The notes under the pieces were generated by a model. It did not search any database, was not told where the DNA came from, and was given only the letters and a program-made list of their open reading frames with translations. 64,000 bases of DNA from a virus: positions 1-64,000 of IMG/VR virus record IMGVR_UViG_3300037258_000282, one strand, 5' to 3'. Below, one piece after another: positions 1-8,967 of the stretch. Numbering within the stretch: the stretch's first letter is position 1; the number at the start of each line of letters is the position of its first letter. A program made the position numbers and the translations under genes.

Positions 1-50
1 AGAATGTCCTTCGGACCGAGAATTTATTTTGAAAAAACTCAAGATTCCTA

Positions 51-79
51 TTGACTCGATATAGAGATCCTGATAAGGT
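51..79 (+). promoter_or_regulatory. sigma70-type early promoter with AT-rich UP element
   Basis: TTGACT-N17-TAAGGT with TG extension; upstream aatttattttgaaaaaa; near-identical copy at 1431-1459. Confidence 0.75.
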
Positions 80-104
80 ATCTCTATTGGATAGGAGGTT
101 CGAC

Positions 105-605
105 ATGGCTAAGCACTTCGAGTTCACCGGTGAGACTCTACTCCACTCTGGAGTCACTCTCAGAAGGATTCGGGCTACTCAAGATATTCCAGTCTGTGGA
201 GTCAAGGCCGGAGACCTCGGGGGATGGATCGAGAGGGAAGATAACTTATCGGACTCCGGATGGGTCTCCGGGAACGCCAAGGTCTATGGGAGCGCCAAGG
301 TCTACGAGCGCGCTTGGGTCTACGGGAACGCTTTGGTCTCCGGGGACGCTCGGGTCTTCGAGAGCGCGGAGGTCTATGGGGACGCTTGGGTCTTCGGGAA
401 TGCTCAGGTCTATGGGAGCGCTCGGGTCTTCGTGGACGCGAAGGTCTTCGAGAGCGCTCGAGTCTATGGGAACTCTCTGGTCTCCGGGGACGCTTGGGTC
501 TACGGGAACGCTCAGGTCTACGGGAGCGCTCGGGTCTTCGGGCAGGTCTTCGGGAGCGCTCAGGTCTATGGAAACTCCTGGGTCTCCAGGGGCGCGCGAA
601 GGTGA
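105..605 (+). CDS. hexapeptide-repeat (left-handed beta-helix-like) protein, paralog 1
   Basis: N-terminal RRIRAT..GDLGGWIE.EDNLS motif then (A.V[YFS]G[DSN])n repeats; GGAGG RBS before ATG 105 (the ORF-track TTG 51 is the -35 box). Confidence 0.85.
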   Translation: MAKHFEFTGETLLHSGVTLRRIRATQDIPVCGVKAGDLGGWIEREDNLSDSGWVSGNAKVYGSAKVYERAWVYGNALVSGDARVFESAEVYGDAWVFGNAQVYGSARVFVDAKVFESARVYGNSLVSGDAWVYGNAQVYGSARVFGQVFGSAQVYGNSWVSRGARR

Positions 606-646
606 GCGCGAACTGATAAGGTATCTCTATTGGATGGAGGTTCGAT

Positions 647-1279
647 ATGACTAAGCACTTCGAGTTCACGGGTGAGACTCTACTCCACCATGGAGTCACT
701 CTCAGAAGGATTCGGGCTACTCAAGATATTCCGAATGGAGGAGTCAAGACCGGAGACCTCGGGGGATGGATCGAGCGCGAGGACAACCTCTCGGACTCCG
801 GATGGGTCTTTGGAGAGGCCAAGGTCTTCGGGAGCGCTCGTGTCTATGGAAACTCCTGGGTCCATGGGCGCGCTCGGGTCCATGGGCGCGCTCGGGTCTA
901 TGGGCGCGCTCAGGTCTACGGGGACGCCATGGTCTATGGGGACGCTTGGGTCTTTGGAGAGGCCAAGGTCTACGGGCGCGCTCGGGTCTATGGGGACGCT
1001 TTGGTCTCCGGGGACGCGGAGGTCTATGAGAGCGCTCGGGTCTTCGGGAGCGCTCAGGTCTCCGGGCGCGCTCGGGTCTTCGAGAGCGCTCAGATCTTCG
1101 GAAGCGCGGAGGTCTATGGGAGCGCTCAGGTCTACGGGGACGCATGGGTCTTCGAGCGCGCTCAGGTCTTCGGGAGCGCTCGGGTCTTCGAGAGCGCTCA
1201 GGTCTTCGGGAGCGCTCAGGTCTCCGGGGACGCGGAGGTCTATGGAGACACTAGTGTCTCCAGGGGCGCGCGAAGGTGA
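647..1279 (+). CDS. hexapeptide-repeat protein, paralog 2
   Basis: same architecture; GGAGG RBS. Confidence 0.85.
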   Translation: MTKHFEFTGETLLHHGVTLRRIRATQDIPNGGVKTGDLGGWIEREDNLSDSGWVFGEAKVFGSARVYGNSWVHGRARVHGRARVYGRAQVYGDAMVYGDAWVFGEAKVYGRARVYGDALVSGDAEVYESARVFGSAQVSGRARVFESAQIFGSAEVYGSAQVYGDAWVFERAQVFGSARVFESAQVFGSAQVSGDAEVYGDTSVSRGARR

Positions 1280-1430
1280 GCGCGAACTCCTAGGTCTCTA
1301 GGTCAGAGACTTGGTCAGAGCTCTAGGTCGGATCCTGATAGAGTCTTCTCTCTGGTGGGAACGCTGGTACTAGGTCACTCCAGAATGTCCTCCGGACTGA
1401 GATTTATTTTGAAAAAACTCAAGATTCCTA

Positions 1431-1459
1431 TTGACTCGATCGAGAGATCCTGATAAGGT
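1431..1459 (+). promoter_or_regulatory. sigma70-type early promoter (copy of 51-79)
   Basis: TTGACT-N17-TAAGGT inside a ~110-bp block nearly identical to 1-110. Confidence 0.75.
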
Positions 1460-1484
1460 ATCTTCCATTGGATGGAGGTTCGAC

Positions 1485-2072
1485 ATGGCTAAGCACTTTG
1501 AGTTCACCGGTGAGACTCTCGTAACTATCGATGGCGTCACCCTCCGTAGGATCAGGGCTACTCGGGATATTCCAATCCATGAGGTAGAGACCGGAGACCT
1601 CGGTGGATGGATCGAGAGAGAAGATAACCTCTCGGACTCCGGATGGGTCTTTGGAAGCGCTAAGATCTATGGGGACGCTTTGGTCTCCGGAGACGCTCGG
1701 GTCTTCGGGAGCGCTCGGGTCTTCGGGAGCGCTCTAGTCTTCGGGAGCGCTCAGGTCTTCTGGAGCGCTCAGGTCTATGGGAGCGCTCTAGTCTATGGGG
1801 ACGCTCAGGTCTATGAAGACGCTTGGGTCTTCGGGAATGCTCGGGTCTATGGAGACGCTCAGGTCTACGGGGACGCTCGGGTCTATGGAGACGCTTGGGT
1901 CTTCGGGAGCGCTCGTGTCTATGGGAACTCCCGAGTCTATGGGGACGCTTTGGTCTCCGGGGACGCGGATGTCTATGAGAGCGCTCGAGTCTATGGGGAC
2001 GCTCAGGTCTATGGGAACTCTCAGGTCTCCGGGGACGCGGATGTCTCTGGGAACTCGAAGGTCTACTTCTGA
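1485..2072 (+). CDS. hexapeptide-repeat protein, paralog 3
   Basis: same architecture; RBS before ATG 1485. Confidence 0.85.
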   Translation: MAKHFEFTGETLVTIDGVTLRRIRATRDIPIHEVETGDLGGWIEREDNLSDSGWVFGSAKIYGDALVSGDARVFGSARVFGSALVFGSAQVFWSAQVYGSALVYGDAQVYEDAWVFGNARVYGDAQVYGDARVYGDAWVFGSARVYGNSRVYGDALVSGDADVYESARVYGDAQVYGNSQVSGDADVSGNSKVYF

Positions 2073-2505
2073 GGATTACACGCAACTATAGCGCTGGGGC
2101 TAGATCAGCTTCGATCAGTCCCCATCCGCTCTATGGCTTCTAAGTCACTACTATAGCGCAGACCGAGGAAGGCTGGTCCGACTCTTAGTATGACTCTACG
2201 GCAGTATGACGCCTATGTAGGGCCGGTGGTCTCGGATAACCGGCGGTAGCACCCTTGGTCTTCTTCCGTATCGACGGAAGGTCATGTCTGAGTCTCGCAC
2301 TCTCGGTCTGGCCCTCCGTAAGGAACGCTCGTAAGCTGGGTGACGCGCAAGAGAGTTGGTCGCGTGACTGATAGACTGCACCTCGCCGCCTTTGGTGTTT
2401 CTCAACCAGAGGGACGAGGTATTTATACGATCGCGCATGTCTGTTCGGCCATATCCATGCCCGAGTACCACAAGGCCGAGGCGCGTATATGGCTCTCTTG
2501 AGCTC

Positions 2506-2563
2506 TTGGTCAGAGACTTGGTCAGAGACTTGGTCAGAGACTTGGTCAGAGCTCTAGGTCAGA
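2506..2563. repeat. tandem 12-bp repeat (TTGGTCAGAGAC)n
   Basis: 3 perfect copies plus variants; same unit at ~1295-1330 and 4076-4331. Confidence 0.9.
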
Positions 2564-3252
2564 GGATGAAGACCCGAGTCAATAGGAATTTTGAGCTTAA
2601 GCTAGCTTCTTACCGTGCCCTCACCGACGTTCTCATAATGTTCCACACTTACTGGAATCTTCCGCTTCTTCTACAAGAAGGGCGCCGCGGCACTTCCAGA
2701 TACCCAATGGAGTCAATGACTTAGAAGATCTGAGTGGGGGAGGCCTCTTCGCGCGATTCTAGCCGTAGTACCCTACCTCTCGCGCAGAGAGCGCGAGTTT
2801 CTACGAGAAATGTGTTAGAATCACTAACGATTACAACTTCATTTTTTGGGCATTTTGGGCACTTTTCTGACCGTACGGCATCGACGACGGCGAGAACTTA
2901 TGCATAGATTCTCAAGATTCCTATTGACTCGGCCGAGAGAGGATGCCTTCCATTGACCAACTCTCCGCGGTCAGGAGCGCCATATATCTCTAACCGCGTC
3001 GGATCAAAACCGTTGACAATCTCATAGAACCACCGTATTATATTCGCGCGGTCGAAAGTCTCGGAGACCGGAAACTCTGAGACTGGAGCCAAAAAAAACT
3101 TTAAGTACGACGCCTATTTTAGTTGACTTAGATTCGTGAGAGTGATATGAGTATAGAGTGATTCGGTACAGACTCAGGTGAGTCAGTTCCGATTAGGTCA
3201 TATCGACCAGCCGGCTCAGTAGAGTTCCGGTTCATTATGAGGAGTAAGTGAG

Positions 3253-3819
3253 ATGGGTGAACACGTGACGAAGCAGAAGATCGCCATTCGAGTCATGGGC
3301 GAGTGCGCGGATAAGATCATGGATGAGACCCTCGTCCAGATGTGCCGAGCGATCGGCGGAGAGTTCCTCGGGCCCTCCGGCGAGCCGACTCCCCACGGTC
3401 TCCTGAAGGCCCGGGGATACTACTGGCACCTCACTCGAACCGGTCAGGCGCCGGGGACCTTCATCCCCCTTCCCAAGGGTCGCGGAGCCCGAAAGTTCTC
3501 GGACCCGGACTACCATCCGCTGGTCTCCGAGACGAAGCCCAATCGGGTCAAGAAGTCCTCGATCAAGTTCGAGGTGTCTTCCTCGGCCCTGGGCGCGGTC
3601 CTCGAGCACGCCTCTCACCAGGAGGGATTCGTCCCATCCCCGGTCGAGGTCGAAGTGTCCTCTGAGACTCCAGAGATCGAGAAGACTTCAGAGCTCAAGA
3701 AGACCATCAGGTCCGGCGCTAAGAAGACTCCGGAAGAGATCTCTGAGATGCGCAAGGCCGCGATGACCAAGATCAACGCGGCTCGGGCCAAGGCCAAGAG
3801 TGAGAAGATCGCGGCCTGA
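3253..3819 (+). CDS. hypothetical protein with basic/Ala-rich C-terminus
   Basis: GAGGAG RBS, phage-like codon use. Confidence 0.7.
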   Translation: MGEHVTKQKIAIRVMGECADKIMDETLVQMCRAIGGEFLGPSGEPTPHGLLKARGYYWHLTRTGQAPGTFIPLPKGRGARKFSDPDYHPLVSETKPNRVKKSSIKFEVSSSALGAVLEHASHQEGFVPSPVEVEVSSETPEIEKTSELKKTIRSGAKKTPEEISEMRKAAMTKINAARAKAKSEKIAA

Positions 3820-4075
3820 TGAAGACTCCAGGGGACCAGAGTACCTAAAGAGCCGGTACTCTGGTCCAATCGGCGCTCTAGAGCTAGCTCGAACCGAAGC
3901 GTCTCGGGTCGAGCATGCTCGAGCACTCTACTTCGAGCACTCTACTTCGAGATCTCCTTGGGAGTTGGTCCAATGGTGGGTGGAGTCATACTCGTCAGGT
4001 ACGTAGGGGCGGTAGTTATAACTCTAGTGTTGGTGGGACTCTGGGTAAGCGCGTATATGGCTCTCTCGTGGTCGC

Positions 4076-4331
4076 GTGAGATCTCTAGGTTGATCTCTAG
4101 GTTGATCTCTAGGTTGAGGACTTGGTCATAGCTCTAGACTATTGGTCAGAGACTTGGTCAGAGCTCTAGGTCATAGCTCTAGGTTGATCTCTTGGTCAGA
4201 GCTCTAGCTCTAGCTCTAGGTCAGAGACTTGGTCAGAGACTTGGTCATAGCTCTAGGTCATAGCTCTAGGTTGATCTCTTGGTCAGAGCTCTAGCTCTAG
4301 CTCTAGGTCAGAGACTTGGTCATAGCTCTAG
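4076..4331. repeat. mosaic tandem array of 12-bp units (CTCTAGGTTGAT / TTGGTCAGAGAC / CTCTAGGTCATAG)
   Basis: roughly 20 permuted units read directly; no spacers. Confidence 0.9.
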
Positions 4332-4513
4332 TCGCGTTTCAGTTCGCGCGCGCGAGCTTATCTTAAGTAACTTGAGTTTAATCCCCGGGTCCTATCTAGA
4401 ATCGACCAGATCTATGGTCCGCATCCGCTCTACGATCCGCTCCGCTCTATTCAACTTTACTCTAGTCATGGCGATCACGATCGGTCCGCATCCTCGACCG
4501 CGTGGGAGACGAA

Positions 4514-4771
4514 CTCTCTTGAGCTCTCTTGATCTCTCTTGATCTCTCTTGATCTCTCTTCGAGATCTTTATGAATTACTTCATTCTGATATATCTCGCG
4601 TCCCCTCCGCGTCCCCTTCGCGTCCCCTCCGCGTCGCCTCGACCGGTGTGCCAGTTCAGTTCCGTTCCGAGTCATATCCTCCGCTCTCTTCCCGCTGGAG
4701 TCCGCTCTCTTCCGGAAGAGTCCGACTGATCTTTTCTCCCCTCCGCGTCCCCTCCGCGTCCCCTCCCCGCG
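4514..4771. repeat. pyrimidine-rich tandem repeats (CTCTCTTGAT)n and (CGCGTCCCCTC)n
   Basis: 10-mer x~5 at 4514-4562; 11-mer copies at 4597-4635 and 4738-4771. Confidence 0.85.
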
Positions 4772-4781
4772 CTTTTTTCCA

Positions 4782-4810
4782 TTGACTGCCATCGACATCA
4801 GTGATAGGAT
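4782..4810 (+). promoter_or_regulatory. sigma70-type early promoter
   Basis: TTGACT-N17-TAGGAT, TG extended -10. Confidence 0.7.
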
Positions 4811-4833
4811 CTAAGAGCGATGAGGAGTAGGTC

Positions 4834-5556
4834 ATGAAGGTGACGTTTACCGATCAGATCCGAGACAAGATCCGAAAGCTTCTCTCCACGGCCGCCGAGG
4901 GTTCCGGGGCGTCTGAGTCCGAAGTCGCGTACGCGCTTCGAGTCGCCTCCGTCCTCATGGCGCGGCACGGCATCGACCGAGAGTCCGTTCTCGACTCTCC
5001 GGATCCAGGCGCGACCTGGGGAGGCTACCGGAGGATCGACTACTACGTCGTCTCCCTCGCCGCCGGAGCCGCGTACCTCTACGGGTGTCGAGTCGTCTCG
5101 GCGAGGCATCCCGGGGGAGCCCTCTTCGTCAAGTTCGCCGGGAGGAGCGACAACATCTTCGCCGCCGAGGTGACTCTCGACTACATCACTCGCCAGGTCA
5201 ACTCGCTCTGCCTCGCCTCCACTCCGAAGGGGCTCACTCCCTCCGAGATCGGAAAGTTCCGGCGATCGTTCAAGCGCGCGGCCTCGGCGCGAGTCGCCGT
5301 CCGAGCGCGGAAGTTGGCCTCCGAGATCTCCGAGACCTCCTCCGAGACCTCCTCCGAGACCTCCGGAGGATCGTCTCGCGCCCTGGTCCTGGTCGACTAC
5401 CTCAGGCGGATGACGGAGGAGGCCTCCGCGCTGGTCGCGACTCTCGGAGTCGCCCCATCCCGGGCGCCGCGCCCAGTCAAGTACTCTCATGGGACCGCGG
5501 AGGGACTCAGGGCCGGAGACAAGGTCTCTCTTCGTCAGGAGGTTGGTCGTGGCTAA
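4834..5556 (+). CDS. DUF2786-like domain protein
   Basis: N-terminal KIRKLL..A....SE.E...A...A..LM.RHGI pattern; GAGGAG RBS. Confidence 0.7.
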   Translation: MKVTFTDQIRDKIRKLLSTAAEGSGASESEVAYALRVASVLMARHGIDRESVLDSPDPGATWGGYRRIDYYVVSLAAGAAYLYGCRVVSARHPGGALFVKFAGRSDNIFAAEVTLDYITRQVNSLCLASTPKGLTPSEIGKFRRSFKRAASARVAVRARKLASEISETSSETSSETSGGSSRALVLVDYLRRMTEEASALVATLGVAPSRAPRPVKYSHGTAEGLRAGDKVSLRQEVGRG

Positions 5557-6052
5557 GCGCTTCGAGTTCACCGGAGAGACTCTCGTCGACGGTGAAGTTA
5601 CACTTCGTAGGATCAGGGCTACTCGAGATATACCCGAGTACGCCATCGCCGCCGGAGATCTCGGGGGATGGATCGAGTGCGAGGACAACCTCTCGGACTC
5701 CGGATGGGTCGGGGAAGAGGCCAAGGTCTTTGGAAACTCTCGGGTCTTCGGGAGCGCTTGGGTCTACGGGAGCGCTCAGGTCTTTGGGAGCGCTCATGTC
5801 TTCGGGAGCGCTCGGGTCTATGGAAACTCCTGGGTCTTTGGGCGCGCTCTAGTCTCTGGGGACGCTCAGGTCTCCGACGAGGCAAAGGTGTACGAGGACG
5901 CTATGGTCTCTGACTCAGCCCAGATCTACGGCTCCTCCGAGATCTTTGGGAGCGTTCGGGTCTATGAGTACGCTAGAATCTGTGGAGATTCCCGGGTCTC
6001 TGGGGACGCCTTAGTCTGTGAAAGCGCTGAGATTCACGATCTCTCGAATTGA
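5549..6052 (+). CDS. hexapeptide-repeat protein, paralog 4
   Basis: GTG start after AGGAGG; same N-terminal motif and repeats. Confidence 0.8.
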   Translation: MAKRFEFTGETLVDGEVTLRRIRATRDIPEYAIAAGDLGGWIECEDNLSDSGWVGEEAKVFGNSRVFGSAWVYGSAQVFGSAHVFGSARVYGNSWVFGRALVSGDAQVSDEAKVYEDAMVSDSAQIYGSSEIFGSVRVYEYARICGDSRVSGDALVCESAEIHDLSN

Positions 6053-6077
6053 CGTCGACTTAGGAACCTGATAGGAT
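6049..6077 (+). promoter_or_regulatory. sigma70-type early promoter
   Basis: TTGACG-N17-TAGGAT. Confidence 0.7.
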
Positions 6078-6103
6078 GCCTTCCATTGGATAGGAGGTTC
6101 GAC

Positions 6104-6631
6104 ATGGCTAAGCACTTCGAGTTCACTGGTGAGACTCTCGTCGACGGTAAAGTTACACTTCGTAGGATTCGGGCCACCCGAGATATACCCGAGCATGATG
6201 TGATGAATGGAGACCTCGGGGGATGGATCGAGATGGAAGATAACTTATCGGACTCCGGATGGGTCGGGGAAGAGGCCAAGGTCTCCGGGAGCGCTCGGGT
6301 CTACGGGAGCGCCTGGGTCTCCGGGGACGCTCGGGTCTATGGAAGCGCTAAGGTCTACGGGAGCGCTCTGGTCTTCGGGGACGCTCTGGTCTTCGGGTAC
6401 GCTCAGGTCTTTGGGCGCGCTCTAGTCTCTGGGTACGCTCAGGTCTTCGGGTACGCTAGAGTCTATGGCATCGCTCTAGTCTTCGGGGATGCTCGGGTCT
6501 ATGGAAACTCCTGGGTCTATGGGAGCGCTCGGGTCTACGGTTCTGCTGAGATCGCCTCCACCATTCAGATCTCTGGGGACGCCTTAGTCTTCGGCGACTC
6601 TCTGATCGATAGATCGACTGCGGGAGAATAA
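6104..6631 (+). CDS. hexapeptide-repeat protein, paralog 5
   Basis: same architecture; leader nearly identical to paralogs 1 and 3. Confidence 0.85.
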   Translation: MAKHFEFTGETLVDGKVTLRRIRATRDIPEHDVMNGDLGGWIEMEDNLSDSGWVGEEAKVSGSARVYGSAWVSGDARVYGSAKVYGSALVFGDALVFGYAQVFGRALVSGYAQVFGYARVYGIALVFGDARVYGNSWVYGSARVYGSAEIASTIQISGDALVFGDSLIDRSTAGE

Positions 6632-6635
6632 GAAG

Positions 6636-7067
6636 ATGGCAAAGACCATGAAGATCACTGATGTCGTGAAGTTGATCGAGGAGATAAGCCCTCTCGTGGA
6701 GTCGTCTTCGAGGGATCTCGCCGAGATCAAGGAACTTCAGGAGAGAGTGAAGCCATACTTGGCCAAGCTTAAGGAGATCTCGACGGCGATCGACTCTCTA
6801 GAGAGCTACGATCCAGACGAGACCTTCTCGATTCACGGAAAGCGCTATCAGGTCGAGGCCGGCATTCGAGAGCACACTCGAGAGATCGTCGACGTGCAGA
6901 AGATCTTGAGTATACTCGGCACTGAGGTGTTCATGTCTATCTGTAAGGTCGCCTTGAAGGACGTCGACGACCACTTTGGCCGAAAGGAGCAGGAGGAGTA
7001 CGGAATCGTGCGGACTAACCGCACGGTCCGAAGGATCAAGATATCCAAGTACTCACCTTCCAGTTGA
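6636..7067 (+). CDS. hypothetical protein
   Basis: GGGAG RBS, 143 aa. Confidence 0.7.
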   Translation: MAKTMKITDVVKLIEEISPLVESSSRDLAEIKELQERVKPYLAKLKEISTAIDSLESYDPDETFSIHGKRYQVEAGIREHTREIVDVQKILSILGTEVFMSICKVALKDVDDHFGRKEQEEYGIVRTNRTVRRIKISKYSPSS

Positions 7068-7114
7068 CATCACCCCTCGGGTGGTGTAGTATCATGAGCG
7101 ACGGGAGAATTACG

Positions 7115-7354
7115 ATGGTGGTCAAGAGATACGAGTCTATGTCAGTCTCAACCCAGTGGCCCAACTACGGAGCTAAATACTCGGTGGAAGACGGGCGGGC
7201 GGTCGGATGGCTCTTCGCGGTCTACTCCGATCGGTGGATGAAGCTCTCGTCGTTCAACGTTCGAGTTCGAGACTCGTCGTTTAGAGTATCACTGGGCGAC
7301 GCGGACACGGTAGGCTTTCGAGTCTTACCCTCGGATAAGGTGAAGGTCGCGTGA
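7115..7354 (+). CDS. hypothetical protein
   Basis: downstream of promoter TTGACA-N17-TAGTAT (7064-7092); GGGAG RBS. Confidence 0.6.
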   Translation: MVVKRYESMSVSTQWPNYGAKYSVEDGRAVGWLFAVYSDRWMKLSSFNVRVRDSSFRVSLGDADTVGFRVLPSDKVKVA

Positions 7355-7554
7355 CTCAGGACTCTACCTCTCGACTCATCTTCATAACTCCCGAGAGGCT
7401 CGTCGAGCTTCGTCGAGAGGGCATGAAGTATCACCCAGCGACACCGACGCTAGAAGACCTGGGAAGAAAGAACGCGGTATATCTTCGCGTTCCTGGGTAC
7501 GGCACGTTTCGAGTCGCCAACACTTCTCCGTGGTGGAAATCAAGGAAGAAGTGA
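7351..7554 (+). CDS. hypothetical protein
   Basis: overlapping GTGA start/stop coupling. Confidence 0.55.
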   Translation: MTQDSTSRLIFITPERLVELRREGMKYHPATPTLEDLGRKNAVYLRVPGYGTFRVANTSPWWKSRKK

Positions 7555-7591
7555 ATGTATAAGTCAACCTCTGATCAGTGGAGCGCACTAG

Positions 7592-7876
7592 GTGAGCAAT
7601 CGCAAGGTCAATAGAGACGAGACTATGAGCAACTACCATCAGCGTAGGCTCGATGGCGCGATAAGATATGCGGCCGCGGATAAGAGCGACCCGTTCGCCC
7701 TGGCGAGAGCTCTAACTCACCTATCGAACGGTATCTGCTCTCGCGCGGAGGATGGGACTCCCGGACACTACGACGCCGAGAAGGGAGTCGAGACTCGGTA
7801 CCTGCCTCTCTCAGAGGGTCAGGAGACTCCGGAGTCGTATGTCGTCGACTCATACTCGAGGAAGGTGAGACCGTGA
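7592..7876 (+). CDS. hypothetical protein
   Basis: GGAG RBS, 94 aa. Confidence 0.55.
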   Translation: MSNRKVNRDETMSNYHQRRLDGAIRYAAADKSDPFALARALTHLSNGICSRAEDGTPGHYDAEKGVETRYLPLSEGQETPESYVVDSYSRKVRP

Positions 7877-7986
7877 GTGTCCGGGTCGATAAATACTCTC
7901 TACTCACCGATCCGATCTTCTGGCTCATCGTCTGCTCGATGGGAGCGATGATCTGGGGAGTCTTGTTCGGTCCGATCGGATGAAGT

Positions 7987-8036
7987 GCCCAGGTAGTTTA
8001 AACTGGCTCTCAGTTCGAGTCTGAGTCTGGGCTCCA
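7987..8036 (+). ncRNA. 50-nt tRNA-like RNA lacking the anticodon arm
   Basis: GCCCAGG/TCTGGGC acceptor, CTCAG-TTCGAGT-CTGAG T-arm, T-CCA end; only ~15 nt between the stems. Confidence 0.7.
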
Positions 8037-8140
8037 GTAAAGGGAGTGCGTTTGATGAACCCTTATATGTTAGGTAGGCTGATAATCAGCTTAATCGAAC
8101 TAGCGGTGCGGTGGGTTATCTATGGATAAATAGTACCGCT

Positions 8141-8202
8141 GGTGGCGTATTGCTCTGTTGTCAACCGGTTTCAGGCGAGTTCGATTCTCGTCGCCACCGC
8201 CA
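8141..8202 (+). ncRNA. 62-nt tRNA-like RNA lacking a D-arm (degenerate GTC loop)
   Basis: GGTGGCG/CGCCACC acceptor, GCGAG-TTCGATT-CTCGT T-arm, G-CCA. Confidence 0.65.
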
Positions 8203-8209
8203 AGTTTAA

Positions 8210-8283
8210 GTGCGATTCGTCCAATGGCAGGGCCCGCGGCCGATTACCGCGAGACAGGGGTTCGATTCCTCTATCGCATACCA
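8210..8283 (+). tRNA. tRNA with GAT anticodon (Ile-like), non-canonical loop CC-GAT-TA
   Basis: full cloverleaf, A-CCA; C33/U37 atypical. Confidence 0.7.
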
Positions 8284-8286
8284 AGT

Positions 8287-8316
8287 AGAAAGGCCCAGGT
8301 CGGACCTGGGCCTTCT
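8287..8316. terminator. GC-rich hairpin (terminator/processing)
   Basis: AGGCCCAGGT-CGG-ACCTGGGCCT inverted repeat. Confidence 0.6.
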
Positions 8317-8427
8317 GGTATCTAGAATATCCCGCAGTAGTGAAGAAGTAGGACTAGACACGTTCCGAGCACGATCGTCTTACCGAGCAGATCGCAGAAC
8401 TTCTCTATCGAAGTGTTGGGATCTGAC

Positions 8428-8673
8428 TCAGGAAGCATATCGCTCAAATCTCGCGAGTTTCTCGGAATACTCGATCTCGTCTAGTATCTCACTCCGAGAC
8501 TCATACGCGCCCTCTTCCCATGCTCTGAAAAACGCGGAGTCTAGTATGTACGGGTTAATGTCTTCCATGAAGGAGATGTCCGTACTTCTAGTTATCTTGT
8601 AGTTCTTCCTAAAACCGTTGAAGCCCTGCATGAAGCACACTTGGTACTCTCTAGGGCTTATCTTGACCGGCAT
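8428..8673 (-). CDS. hypothetical protein
   Basis: GGGAG RBS and upstream TTGACA promoter on the - strand. Confidence 0.6.
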   Translation of the reverse strand: MPVKISPREYQVCFMQGFNGFRKNYKITRSTDISFMEDINPYILDSAFFRAWEEGAYESRSEILDEIEYSEKLARFERYAS

Positions 8674-8967
8674 AGAACTTCTCCCAACTTATTTGGAATA
8701 GCATATCACCGATAGACGCATATGTCAACTGGTCCTTATCCCCCAGAGAGGGTCGTAGAGGACCGCGTATCTCCGATGGTATGTTTACACCTCTCTGATC
8801 GCCTCCTCGGCTCTCCGATCCTCTCTAGGGATCATCATCTCTGGGAGTCAGTTGACACGGGCACTCTAATTTGTTATATATAACACCATGGAGAGGATCA
8901 CTCTTCCATACCAGAGTTGACAACACCACTCAAGTGTGTTAGTATTTAACCACAGTGGAGTTCAGTT

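Noticed and set aside
130-2091. Alternative-frame and antisense ORFs over the hexapeptide genes
   Set aside because: They are by-products of stop-free 18-bp repeats and have no RBS or promoter.
2506-4771. CRISPR array
   Set aside because: The repeats are 10-12-bp tandem units with no unique spacers, and there are no cas genes.
105-6631. Diversity-generating retroelement behind the repeat paralogs
   Set aside because: There is no reverse transcriptase in the window, and the differences are unit shuffling rather than adenine-specific substitutions.
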